NCBI GenBank assembly: GCA_965228695.1
Contig: CBDDIB010000002.1
Location: 120,701-184,700 of the forward strand
DNA length: 64,000 bases
DNA from: Alphaproteobacteria bacterium
GTDB lineage: Bacteria; Pseudomonadota; Alphaproteobacteria; UBA8366
Direction of reading: 5' to 3'
Below the pieces are notes generated by a model. It had not been told where the DNA came from. It ran no database searches and worked only from the letters and a program-made list of their open reading frames with translations. This document shows positions 41,619 to 50,223 of this stretch, piece by piece; the first letter of the stretch is position 1, and the number at the start of each line of letters is the position of its first letter. The translations under genes and the position numbers were made by a program.

Positions 41619-42944
41619 ATGAAACGCCAGCTCCATCTGAACCTATTCATCCACAGCCGCGGCCATCATGAAGCATCGTGGCGCCATCCGGACGCATCGA
41701 CCCTCCCGTTGACCGACATCCGCTATTATCAGGAATTGGCGCAAACCGCCGAAGCGGGGCTGTTCGATTCGATCTTTCTCGCGGACCAACTCGCCGGGCG
41801 CGACGATGTGGAACGCGCCGCCCGGACCTGGCTCGAGCCGATCACCGCGCTGGGCGCGCTGGCCGTGACGACACGGCGGATCGGCCTCATCGCGACGACC
41901 TCGACGACCTATACCGAGCCATACAATCTGGCGCGGCAATTCGCCTCGCTGGACCACATCAGCGGCGGGCGCGTCGGGTGGAACATCGTCACATCCTGGT
42001 CCGCACCGGCGGCGCGGAACTACGGCGACGACAGCCAGGTCAGCCACGCCGACCGCTACGCGCGCGCCGAAGACTTCCTGCAGGTCGTGAAGGGCCTGTG
42101 GGACAGTTGGGCCGATGACGTCCTGGTGGACGACCCGGAAAGCGGCCTCTATGCGCATGCCGACCGCATCCGGGCGATCGACCACGAAGGACCCTATTAC
42201 AAAGTCGCGGGCCCTCTGAACGTGCCGCGCGGTCCGCAGGGACGCCCTGTCCTGGTGCAGGCGGGATCGTCCGATACCGGACGGCGTTTCGCGGCGCGCC
42301 ACGCCGAAGCCGTTTTCACCGCGCATATGGAGAAGACGACGGCGCAAGACTTCTACACCGATCTCAAGGCACTGGCTCACGAGGAAGGCCGTGCCGCCGA
42401 TCAGATTCATATCCTGCCGGGCCTCAGCCCGGTGATCGCCGGAACCGAGACGGACGCACAACGCCTGGCGCAGGAACTGAACGACCTGGCCGATCCGGAA
42501 ATCGGTCGGAAACGGCTGTCGGGCCGCTTCGGCGGACATGATTTCTCCCATCTGCCGCTCGACACGCTGCTCACGCCGGATGATTTTCCCGATCCCGCCA
42601 CCGTGGAAGCGGCGCGCAGCCGGACCGAACTGATCGTCGGACTGGTCGAGCGGGAAAATCTCACCCTCCGGCAGTTGCTGTCGAAAATGGCCGGCGCGCG
42701 CGGGCATTTCACCTTCGCGGGCACGCCGGAACAGGTCGCCGACCTGATCGAGGATTGGTTCACCGACGGGGCGGCGGATGGTTTCAACCTGATGCCGCCG
42801 TTGCTGCCGACGATGCTGACCGCCTTTATCGACGAAGTCGTCCCGCTGCTGCAAAAGCGCGGGCTGTTCCGCACCGAATACGAAGGCAAAACGCTACGGT
42901 CGCATTTCGGACTGACACGACCGGCGGACGGTTTCCCGTCCTAG
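41619..42944 (+). CDS. LLM class flavin-dependent monooxygenase, NtaA/SnaA/DszA/SoxA subfamily
   Basis: MKRQLHLNLFIHSRGHHEASWRHP... and GGRVGWNIVTSW are typical of the NtaA/DszA subfamily. Start trimmed to the ATG at 41619. Confidence 0.85.
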   Translation: MKRQLHLNLFIHSRGHHEASWRHPDASTLPLTDIRYYQELAQTAEAGLFDSIFLADQLAGRDDVERAARTWLEPITALGALAVTTRRIGLIATTSTTYTEPYNLARQFASLDHISGGRVGWNIVTSWSAPAARNYGDDSQVSHADRYARAEDFLQVVKGLWDSWADDVLVDDPESGLYAHADRIRAIDHEGPYYKVAGPLNVPRGPQGRPVLVQAGSSDTGRRFAARHAEAVFTAHMEKTTAQDFYTDLKALAHEEGRAADQIHILPGLSPVIAGTETDAQRLAQELNDLADPEIGRKRLSGRFGGHDFSHLPLDTLLTPDDFPDPATVEAARSRTELIVGLVERENLTLRQLLSKMAGARGHFTFAGTPEQVADLIEDWFTDGAADGFNLMPPLLPTMLTAFIDEVVPLLQKRGLFRTEYEGKTLRSHFGLTRPADGFPS

Positions 42945-43003
42945 CGGACTCGAAACCGCGCGGACACCAAACCGAAACTGATTATGCGAAACGGCTGAGT
43001 ACG

Positions 43004-43138
43004 CTAGTTCAGACTGGTGGCCGGCAGCGCCCAATAGAACATGATGAAGACGATCACCGCGCCGAGGGCGTAGCCGCCGATCGTCGTCCAGATGTTCATC
43101 TTATCCGGCATGGGATCGTTCGGATCTTCGACATTCAT
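43004..43138 (-). CDS. hypothetical small membrane protein (44 aa)
   Basis: Below the track cutoff. The reverse strand reads MNVEDPNDPMPDKMNIWTTIGGYALGAVIVFIMFYWALPATSLN*, with one clear TM helix and G+C-biased third positions. No homology claim. Confidence 0.35.
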   Translation of the reverse strand: MNVEDPNDPMPDKMNIWTTIGGYALGAVIVFIMFYWALPATSLN

Positions 43139-43212
43139 CGGCTGCGTTCCTTTCGCGTTGTCCGATTATCCTCCGTCCTCCGGGGCCGGTCAACTGCCGA
43201 ACCCACCGATTT

Positions 43213-44301
43213 TCAGCACGGAACGATCCTCGTTTCGGGCGTCTTCGCGACCCGGAGACGGTCCAACGATATCGCCGCGTTGGCTTCTATCGGCCGGATC
43301 GCACGATCTCCTCGAACCCCGGCCCAAAGCCACTCGCCGTCACCGGGCGCGCCCCGCACCGGGCGCAGGCGTTGCGGCGGGATATCGACGATTTCGGTCC
43401 CACGTCGCGCGGCGACTACGAAACGGAAGACATACTGTGGCGTCATGCCCATCCGCAGGTCGCTAAGGATGACCCCATTTTCGTCCGTGTCGAACCGCAC
43501 GAAGCCTTTGCTGAACTCGCTTACCGTCTCGACAACGCCGTTGCCGGACCAACAGGCGATCGACGTCGGTTTGCGCGGATGCACATAGGCCGTCACCGCG
43601 TCGTCACCGCCGAACAGCGGCAGGTAGAGATTGATGTAACGGTCGCCGTCGATCGCCACCGCCCGCCAGAACAGGGTGTTGAAAGGCGTCGGCGTGGCGA
43701 ACATCCGGTCGGCCGTGACACCGGACTTGGCCAGTTGGGCCTGCGCGCGGGATTTGGCGATTTGCTGACCCACTGTGGACCACGCCATGTATCCGGTCGA
43801 CACGATCAGCGCCAAGGACAGGGCCTTGCCGAATCGGGGCGTCCAGGACTTCAGGAACAAGGCCCACACGAAGACGATCAACAGCGGCAATGTGTAGGCG
43901 GGATCGATGATGAAGATCGATCCCAGCCCGATCGGTTCCGGCCAGATCGGCCAGAACAGCCGAGTGCCGTAGATCGTCATGGCGTCGACCAAGGCGTGCG
44001 TCGCGAGACAGAGGAAAACCGCGAGATAGGTCTGTATCCGCGAGTCGCGCAACGAGGACGCAAGCCGCACCAATCCCTCGCCCAGGACCGGCGCCAAGGC
44101 GGCATGCACGACGATCGAATGCGTCACGCCGCGATGCAGGACGAAACTGTCGATCGGGTCATCGAACGGCCAGAACACGTCGGTATCGGGCAAGGTGCCG
44201 AGCAAGCCGCCGGTCAACGCGGCTTTGCGCACGCCCATGCGCCGGCCCAGAACCGCGGTCCCGACGGCCGCCCCGAGAACGAATTGCGTTACTGAATCCA
44301 T
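43213..44301 (-). CDS. membrane-bound metal-dependent hydrolase (YdjM/YbcI, DUF457) with C-terminal extension
   Basis: MDSVTQFVLGAAVG...HRGVTHS...ATHALVDAMT is the DUF457 pattern. Start trimmed to the ATG at 44301. Confidence 0.75.
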   Translation of the reverse strand: MDSVTQFVLGAAVGTAVLGRRMGVRKAALTGGLLGTLPDTDVFWPFDDPIDSFVLHRGVTHSIVVHAALAPVLGEGLVRLASSLRDSRIQTYLAVFLCLATHALVDAMTIYGTRLFWPIWPEPIGLGSIFIIDPAYTLPLLIVFVWALFLKSWTPRFGKALSLALIVSTGYMAWSTVGQQIAKSRAQAQLAKSGVTADRMFATPTPFNTLFWRAVAIDGDRYINLYLPLFGGDDAVTAYVHPRKPTSIACWSGNGVVETVSEFSKGFVRFDTDENGVILSDLRMGMTPQYVFRFVVAARRGTEIVDIPPQRLRPVRGAPGDGEWLWAGVRGDRAIRPIEANAAISLDRLRVAKTPETRIVPC

Positions 44302-44474
44302 CGACGGGCTCCGTCTCGCTCGATACTGTTGTTGGTGCGGTCCCGCAGGGCCAATGCTCCGCGATCCATGTAGTACAACATTCTGCGATTGACAGGGGCC
44401 GCGCGGTCGAGAAACTAATCCGTCATCAAATCCGGCATTCGCCGGATGCCGCATTACCCATCCGGGAGGACCGA

Positions 44475-45875
44475 ATGTTCAACGACACGCGCGGGCTCGC
44501 CATGACCGCCTCGAGCCAGGACGCCGTCGACGCCTTCGACGGTTGCGTCGACGAGTTCCTGGCCTCGGGCCGCGACGCGGCGCTGCTCTTGAAGAAAGTC
44601 TCGGACGTCGACCCGGATATGATCATGGGCCAATGCTTGCGGGGATACTTCCAGCGCCTGCCGGCCCAGGCCCATCTCGCGGCGCAAAGCGGCGACAGCC
44701 TGGCCAAGGCGCGCGGCCTCGCGGCGACGGCGACCGAGCGCGAACAGAAACATGTCGCCGCGCTGGCGGCCTGGTGCGCCGGCGACATCCGCAAGACGAC
44801 GGCGTTGTGGGACGACATCCTGCTGGACCATCCGCGGGATATCCTCGCGCTGCGCCTCGCGCATACGATGCATTTCTTTCTCGGCGACCTGGCGCGGATG
44901 CGCGATTCCATGGCGCGGGTCATGCCGCATTGGTCCGAAGACGTGCCGGGCTACGGTTTCGTACTCGGGTGCCGCGCCTTCACCTACGAGGAAACCCACG
45001 AGTTCGGTCCCGCCGAGAAACTCGGCCGGCGCGCGGTCGAAATCAACGAGAACGACATCTGGGCCGGCCACTGCGTCGCCCATGTCCTGGAAGCGCAGGG
45101 ACGGCGGCAGGACGGTATCGTCTGGATCGACGAACACGAAACCGCATGGCAGAAACGCGGAATCTTCGCGCATCACCTGTGGTGGCACCGGGCGCTGCAC
45201 TATTTGGAATTGGAACGGTTCGACGACGTGCTCGCCGCCTATGACAGGCAGTTCTGGACCGAACCGTCGGAAGACAACATCGACATCTGCAATGCCGCCA
45301 GCATGCTGATGCGGCTCGACATGCTGGGCCTCGATGTGGGCGACCGCTGGGAAGCGGTGGCGGATGTCAGCGCCGGCCGGATCGCGCCGCCGCAACAGCG
45401 CCTGCGCCCGTTTAACGACCTGCACTTCATGATGGCCTTGGCGATGGCGGGACGGCGCGACGAAGCCGAGACGCTGCTGGCGTCGATGCGCGATTTCCGC
45501 GACAGCGCGGCCAACGCGGACGCGACGATCACGCCGGTCTATCGCGACGCCGGCATCCCCGTCGCCGAAGCGACCCTCGCCTACGCCGCGGAAGAGTACG
45601 GCCGCGTCGTCGACATCATGCAGGAGGCCCGCTACCGCATGGTGCCGCTCGGCGGCAGTTGGGCGCAGCGCGATGTCTGGGTGCGGATGCTGCTGCACGC
45701 CGCCCTCAAGGACGGCCAGCATGGGCTCGCCCGCGCCCTGCTTGCGGAACGCACCGCCGACAACCCGACCAGCGCCCCGTCCTGGAAACTGTACGCCGAG
45801 GCGTTGGACCAATGCGGCGACCCGGACGCCGCCGGCAAGGCCCGCGCCCGCGCCGCCGAGCTGCTGGCGGCGTAG
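44475..45875 (+). CDS. tetratricopeptide repeat protein (TTC38-like)
   Basis: 466 aa all-helical repeat protein. The N-terminal AVDAFDGCVDEFL and overall layout resemble the TTC38 family. Confidence 0.65.
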   Translation: MFNDTRGLAMTASSQDAVDAFDGCVDEFLASGRDAALLLKKVSDVDPDMIMGQCLRGYFQRLPAQAHLAAQSGDSLAKARGLAATATEREQKHVAALAAWCAGDIRKTTALWDDILLDHPRDILALRLAHTMHFFLGDLARMRDSMARVMPHWSEDVPGYGFVLGCRAFTYEETHEFGPAEKLGRRAVEINENDIWAGHCVAHVLEAQGRRQDGIVWIDEHETAWQKRGIFAHHLWWHRALHYLELERFDDVLAAYDRQFWTEPSEDNIDICNAASMLMRLDMLGLDVGDRWEAVADVSAGRIAPPQQRLRPFNDLHFMMALAMAGRRDEAETLLASMRDFRDSAANADATITPVYRDAGIPVAEATLAYAAEEYGRVVDIMQEARYRMVPLGGSWAQRDVWVRMLLHAALKDGQHGLARALLAERTADNPTSAPSWKLYAEALDQCGDPDAAGKARARAAELLAA

Positions 45876-45917
45876 TCCCGATGCACCGACGCAGCGTCAC
45901 TACCGCATGACCGGCGC

Positions 45918-47141
45918 ATGACCGCCGCCACACCGGAACACCGGTCCGACACCTTGGTGATCGGTCTGGTCGGTCTCGCGCACCTGCTCTCGCATTTCTA
46001 TCAGATCGCGCTCGCGCCGCTTTTCCCGCTGCTGCGCGCCGAATTCGGCGTCAGCTACACCGCGCTGGGACTGATCATCTCGCTGTTCTACGGCGTTTCC
46101 GGCCTATGCCAGGCTTTTGTCGGCATCTTGGTGGACCGCTACGGCGGCGACCGGCTGATGCTGTTCGGCATCCTCACCATGTCGACATCGGTCATGCTGA
46201 TGGGCTTCGCCCCGGCCTATTGGGTGTTGCTGCCGCTGGCGGTGCTGTCGGCACTCGGCAATTCGGTCTTCCATCCGGCGGACCTTTCGATCCTCTCGGC
46301 GAAGGTCAGCCCGGAGCGGCTGGGCCGGGCCTTCGGCATCCACGGTTTCGGCGGCACCTGCGGCTATTTCCTGTCGCCGATCATCGTCTATTACGGCGTG
46401 GCCAGCTTCGCCGGATGGCGCGCCGGATTGATCGTCGCCGGATTGATCGGCTGGGGGGCGGCGCTGCTGATTCTGCGTCACCGCGATGTCCTGCGTATGC
46501 CCGCCGGCCAAGCCGCCGGCGCGGAGGCGATGCCGAGCCTCGCCTTTTATGGACGGCTGGTGCGGAACCTGCCGCTGATGGCCGCCTTCGCCTATTTCGC
46601 GCTGATCGCGGGTGCGCTTGCCGGGGTGCAGAATTTCTCGGTCACCGCGCTGGTCGAGATGTATGGCGCGCCGCTGGCGCTGGCCACCGCGGGATTGACC
46701 GGCTATCTCGGCGGCAACGCCGCGGGCATCCTGCTTGGCGGCGAATTGGCCGACCGCTTTCCCCGCCACGCGCTGATCGCGACCAGCGGCCTCATCGCCG
46801 GCGCGGCGGCCATGAGCACGATCGCCTTGGTCCCGCTGCCGATGCTGGCGATCATCCCCCTGCTGACCGCCGGCGGGTTCTTCCTCGGCATGACCGGTCC
46901 GTCGCGCGACATCCTGGTGCGCGCCGCGACTCCGGCAGGGGCGACCGGCAAGGTATTCGGGTTCGTCTATTCGGGCCTGGACCTCGGCGGCGCGCTGGGG
47001 CCGCTGCTGTTCGGCTGGCTGATGGACGGCGGCAACTTCCGCGGCGTCTTCATCGCCATCGCCGTCATGTATCTCCTTGGCATCCTGAGCGTGATGCAGC
47101 TCAAGCGCGGCGCCCAAGTCAGCGGCGAAGCGGCGCAGTAA
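45918..47141 (+). CDS. MFS transporter (paralogue of 10079..11338)
   Basis: 407 aa. LLSHFYQIALAPLFPLLRAEFGVSYTALGL and VDRYGGDR parallel the MFS gene at 10079. Confidence 0.8.
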   Translation: MTAATPEHRSDTLVIGLVGLAHLLSHFYQIALAPLFPLLRAEFGVSYTALGLIISLFYGVSGLCQAFVGILVDRYGGDRLMLFGILTMSTSVMLMGFAPAYWVLLPLAVLSALGNSVFHPADLSILSAKVSPERLGRAFGIHGFGGTCGYFLSPIIVYYGVASFAGWRAGLIVAGLIGWGAALLILRHRDVLRMPAGQAAGAEAMPSLAFYGRLVRNLPLMAAFAYFALIAGALAGVQNFSVTALVEMYGAPLALATAGLTGYLGGNAAGILLGGELADRFPRHALIATSGLIAGAAAMSTIALVPLPMLAIIPLLTAGGFFLGMTGPSRDILVRAATPAGATGKVFGFVYSGLDLGGALGPLLFGWLMDGGNFRGVFIAIAVMYLLGILSVMQLKRGAQVSGEAAQ

Positions 47142-47143
47142 CA

Positions 47144-47290
47144 CAAAAAAACCGGCCGATCCTGGAAAGATCGGCCGGCGGCTTGGCCCCAACGTTCGGG
47201 AGAGGGGGAGAGGAGGAAAAACCCTTGCCGGAACCAAGCCAGGGTCGAAACGGTTCTTGGGTGGAAAACCGTTTCGGGGGATTGCGTCGT
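47144..47290 (-). ncRNA. candidate small regulatory RNA (5' end uncertain)
   Basis: On the minus strand there are two hairpins (complement of 47247-47275 and 47221-47245). An unpaired CCUCCUCUCCCCCUCUCCC follows (complement of 47198-47216). A 10-bp GC-rich hairpin (47152-47178) then precedes U7 (47145-47151). There is no ORF longer than about 20 codons on that strand. Confidence 0.45.
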
Positions 47291-47501
47291 CTAAATCAAA
47301 ATCACAGGCTTACCGTCGTTTGTTCGTTCACGTCGTCGCAACGCGTTTCCGCGCCGCCTACGATCCCAATCTATGTTTTTTACCGATCGATTTAAAACCA
47401 CGATCGATGACATTCATGTGATGGGCTCGCGATCCCCGCGGAGATCGGCTATTTTTGACCGATTGATCAATAATTAATCTCTTTGATCGGATAATCCTTG
47501 T

Positions 47502-48071
47502 ATGGCACGCCCCCGCGAGTTCGAACCCGAGCAGGTTCTGTCGGCCGCGACCGACCTGTTTTGGCGAAACGGGTTCGCCGGCACATCGCTGGCGCAGCTC
47601 GACCGGGCCGTCGGACTCAACCGCGCGAGCCTGTACAACGCGTTCGGCGACAAGCGCGGATTGTTTCTCGCCTGCCTCGACCATTACGGCGGGCGGGAAA
47701 TCAGCGCCGCCATCGCCTTGTTGTCGGGTCCGGGCAACGGAAACGCCAAAATACGAAGACTCTTCAACGGACCGGTCAAGGCGGTGCGAACCGGTATGGA
47801 CCGGCGCGGCTGTCTCCTCTGCAACAGCGCGGTGGAGGTCGCGCCGCACGACAAGCAGGTCGAAGCGGCCGTCATGCGGCACCTGGACCGTCTGCGGGAT
47901 GCCCTCGCCGCGGCACTGGCCGCCGACAAGACCCACGAGGATTCAGTCCGCCGCGCCGATCAGCTGACCGCCAGTTACATGGGGTTGCACGTCATGGCCA
48001 AGGCCGGCGCGCCCGTGGCCCAACTCAAGCGCATCGCCGCCGGCGCGGGCGTCTTGCTCGATGCCGATTAG
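47502..48071 (+). CDS. TetR/AcrR family transcriptional regulator
   Basis: 189 aa with N-terminal HTH FWRNGFAGTSLAQLDRAVGLNRASLYNAFGDK. Confidence 0.85.
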   Translation: MARPREFEPEQVLSAATDLFWRNGFAGTSLAQLDRAVGLNRASLYNAFGDKRGLFLACLDHYGGREISAAIALLSGPGNGNAKIRRLFNGPVKAVRTGMDRRGCLLCNSAVEVAPHDKQVEAAVMRHLDRLRDALAAALAADKTHEDSVRRADQLTASYMGLHVMAKAGAPVAQLKRIAAGAGVLLDAD

Positions 48072-48080
48072 CGATATCGC

Positions 48081-48557
48081 CTAGTACGGCTCGCCGTTTC
48101 GCCGCGTGAACTTCGCATCCGGCTGCCCGCGCCCGACCATCTGCATGTCGATGTCACTGTAGCGGCAGGAATCGCCGGGCCGGCGGCTGCCGACTTCCAA
48201 TACCGTCACCGGCTTGTCGGTTTTGTTGATCAGATGATGTCCGTTCTCTTCGCCCGCCGCGAATCCGGCGACGCTGCCCGGCCGCAATTCCATCTCGCCC
48301 GCGTCGGTGACCAGCGTCGGAGTCCCGTCGAGAATGTAGATGAATTCATCCTCGGTCGTGTGCCAGTGGCGCTGCGACGACCAGACATTCGGCGGCAGCA
48401 CGACGAGGTTCACGCCAAAGTCCGTCAGGCCGAAATGATCGCCGAGCCGGCGCCGCAGCCGGTCCATGCAGGGTTCGTTGAACGGGGACGGATAGCCGGA
48501 GCCGCTTTCCGTGGGCATGTCGAGGGCGTTTTCGGCAGGTTTGGCGTGGTTCGGCAT
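48081..48557 (-). CDS. cupin domain protein
   Basis: 158 aa with cupin motifs (HWHTTEDEFIYILDG...GHHLIN). Confidence 0.75.
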   Translation of the reverse strand: MPNHAKPAENALDMPTESGSGYPSPFNEPCMDRLRRRLGDHFGLTDFGVNLVVLPPNVWSSQRHWHTTEDEFIYILDGTPTLVTDAGEMELRPGSVAGFAAGEENGHHLINKTDKPVTVLEVGSRRPGDSCRYSDIDMQMVGRGQPDAKFTRRNGEPY

Positions 48558-48646
48558 GGCTTGCTCCTGGCTAGGGTGTCGCGCCCGGCTGTCCGGGTGA
48601 TCGCAATCCTAGGCCAATCGCCGACATCGCGCATCGAAAAGCGGGA

Positions 48647-49051
48647 TTAGTCCTCGTAATGCTTGAGTTCAAGCCGGTTGCCGTCCGGGTCGGGGAAGTA
48701 GATCGACTGCCCGTTCCCGCGCGCGCCCCATACCGGACGCGGACCGTCGACCTCGACACCTTCCTTTTCGAGGCGATCCCGCACCCGCTCCCAATCGGTC
48801 TTGGTCACGACCATGCAGAAATGGTTGAGATTGGGGATCGGCGCCGGGTCCTTCTTGTGCAGCTTCGGCGGGAAGAGATCGATGATGGTGTTCTCGTTTA
48901 ACCGCACCGACGGAAAGGAAACCTTGCCCGCACGATAGGCGTCGAGCCGGTCCGGCTCCATCTCCAACACTCGCGTGTAAAAATCGACCATCAACGCTTC
49001 GTCCTGCACGTTCAAAACGATATGGTCCATTGTGAGTCGCATCGACGTCAT
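48647..49051 (-). CDS. VOC family protein (glyoxalase/bleomycin resistance/dioxygenase fold)
   Basis: MDHIVLNV...HFCMVV...DPDGNRLEL are VOC hallmarks. I chose the start at 49051 after GAGGAAAGGA, but the ATG at 49042 is equally possible. The longer track start is unsupported. Confidence 0.75.
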   Translation of the reverse strand: MTSMRLTMDHIVLNVQDEALMVDFYTRVLEMEPDRLDAYRAGKVSFPSVRLNENTIIDLFPPKLHKKDPAPIPNLNHFCMVVTKTDWERVRDRLEKEGVEVDGPRPVWGARGNGQSIYFPDPDGNRLELKHYED

Positions 49052-49248
49052 TCCTTTCCTCGAAATCTCAGTAAGCGCTCGCCCGAGGCTTTGAACATAG
49101 GGTTCGGCCGGCAGCTTGCAATATCCCGCGACAATTCGGGTCATCGAGACGATTGACCCGGCGGGCGCAACGCTTCACCATTCTCGAAGTGCGCCATCGC
49201 GCCGACACATCCCAGCAGCAGCCCGAAACAAGATCACCGAGAGAGTCC

Positions 49249-50210
49249 ATGGACCTGAACGACATCACGATTCACTTCATTCATCCCGCATATCAATTGG
49301 CGCCGCTGTTCGAGAACGCAATACGGGGATCAAGCATTTCCAGTCCTGGACCATGGACGAGGCCTATGCCCGTATGGGCGACGGCGACGTTATCGTCGTA
49401 TCGGGTTATTGGAAGAACGACATGCTGGAATCCGCCGACCGGTTGAAGTTCATCCAGGTATGCGGCGCGGGCTACGACCAGTTCGACCAGGATGGGATCC
49501 GGGCGAAGGGCGCGCGGCTGGCCAATGCCAGCGGCGTCAACGTTAATGCGGTGAGCGACCACGCCCTGGCGCTGACCCTCGGCCTGACGCGGCTGATCCA
49601 CACCGGGCGCGACAATCAGCGCAAGGCGCAATGGCGCGGCATGATCGCCGATCTTTCGCAACGCGAAGAGGAACTGCCGGGCAAGACCATGCTGATCTAC
49701 GGCCTCGGAAAGATCGGCGGACGCACCGCCAAACTGGCGAAAGCGTTCGACATGGAAGTTATCGGATTGAAGCGCGACACGTCGACCCCAGTCGAGCATG
49801 TCGACGAGTTGCATCCGTCCGGCGATCTGCTGCTGCACCTGCCGCGCGCCGACGTCGTCGTGCTGACCTGTCCGCTGACGCCGGAAACGCAAAACGTCAT
49901 CGACGCGAAGGCGTTGGCCGCGATGAAGCCATCCGCCTATCTCATCAACGTGGCACGCGGCGGATGCGTCGATCAGGATGCGCTGATCCAAGCGCTGCAG
50001 GACAAGCTGATCGCCGGCGCCGGAATCGACGTGACCGTCCCGGAGCCGCTGGAGGCGGAATCGCCGTTGTGGGGGTTCGAGAATGTCATCCTGACGCCGC
50101 ATACCGGCGGCGAGACCCGACAATACGAGGACAATGTGATCGACATCCTGCTCGAAAACCTCAACCGCTTGGCGCGCGGCGACGAACCGCTGCACAACCA
50201 GGTCGTCTAA
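49249..50210 (+). pseudogene. D-isomer-specific 2-hydroxyacid dehydrogenase, apparent 1-nt frameshift near 49300-49330 (or sequencing error)
   Basis: The NAD-binding GLGKIGG motif and the catalytic-domain body are in the frame of track ORF 49116..50210. A plausible N-terminus MDLNDITIHFIHPAYQLAPLF (ATG at 49249 after GAGAG) is in another frame. The span 49249-50210 is 962 nt, which is 3n+2. If the frameshift is not real, the in-frame alternative start is the ATG at 49353. Confidence 0.6.
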
Positions 50211-50223
50211 GCGAGAGCCGCCC

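Noticed and set aside
47216-47395. Plus-strand small ORF (TTG start 8 nt after AGGAGG at 47211-47216, about 60 codons) in the MFS-tetR gap.
   Set aside because: Third-position G+C is only about 50%, against much higher values in real genes here. It starts after a hairpin and has no motif. The purine-rich tract is better explained as the complement of the CU-rich tract of a minus-strand sRNA.
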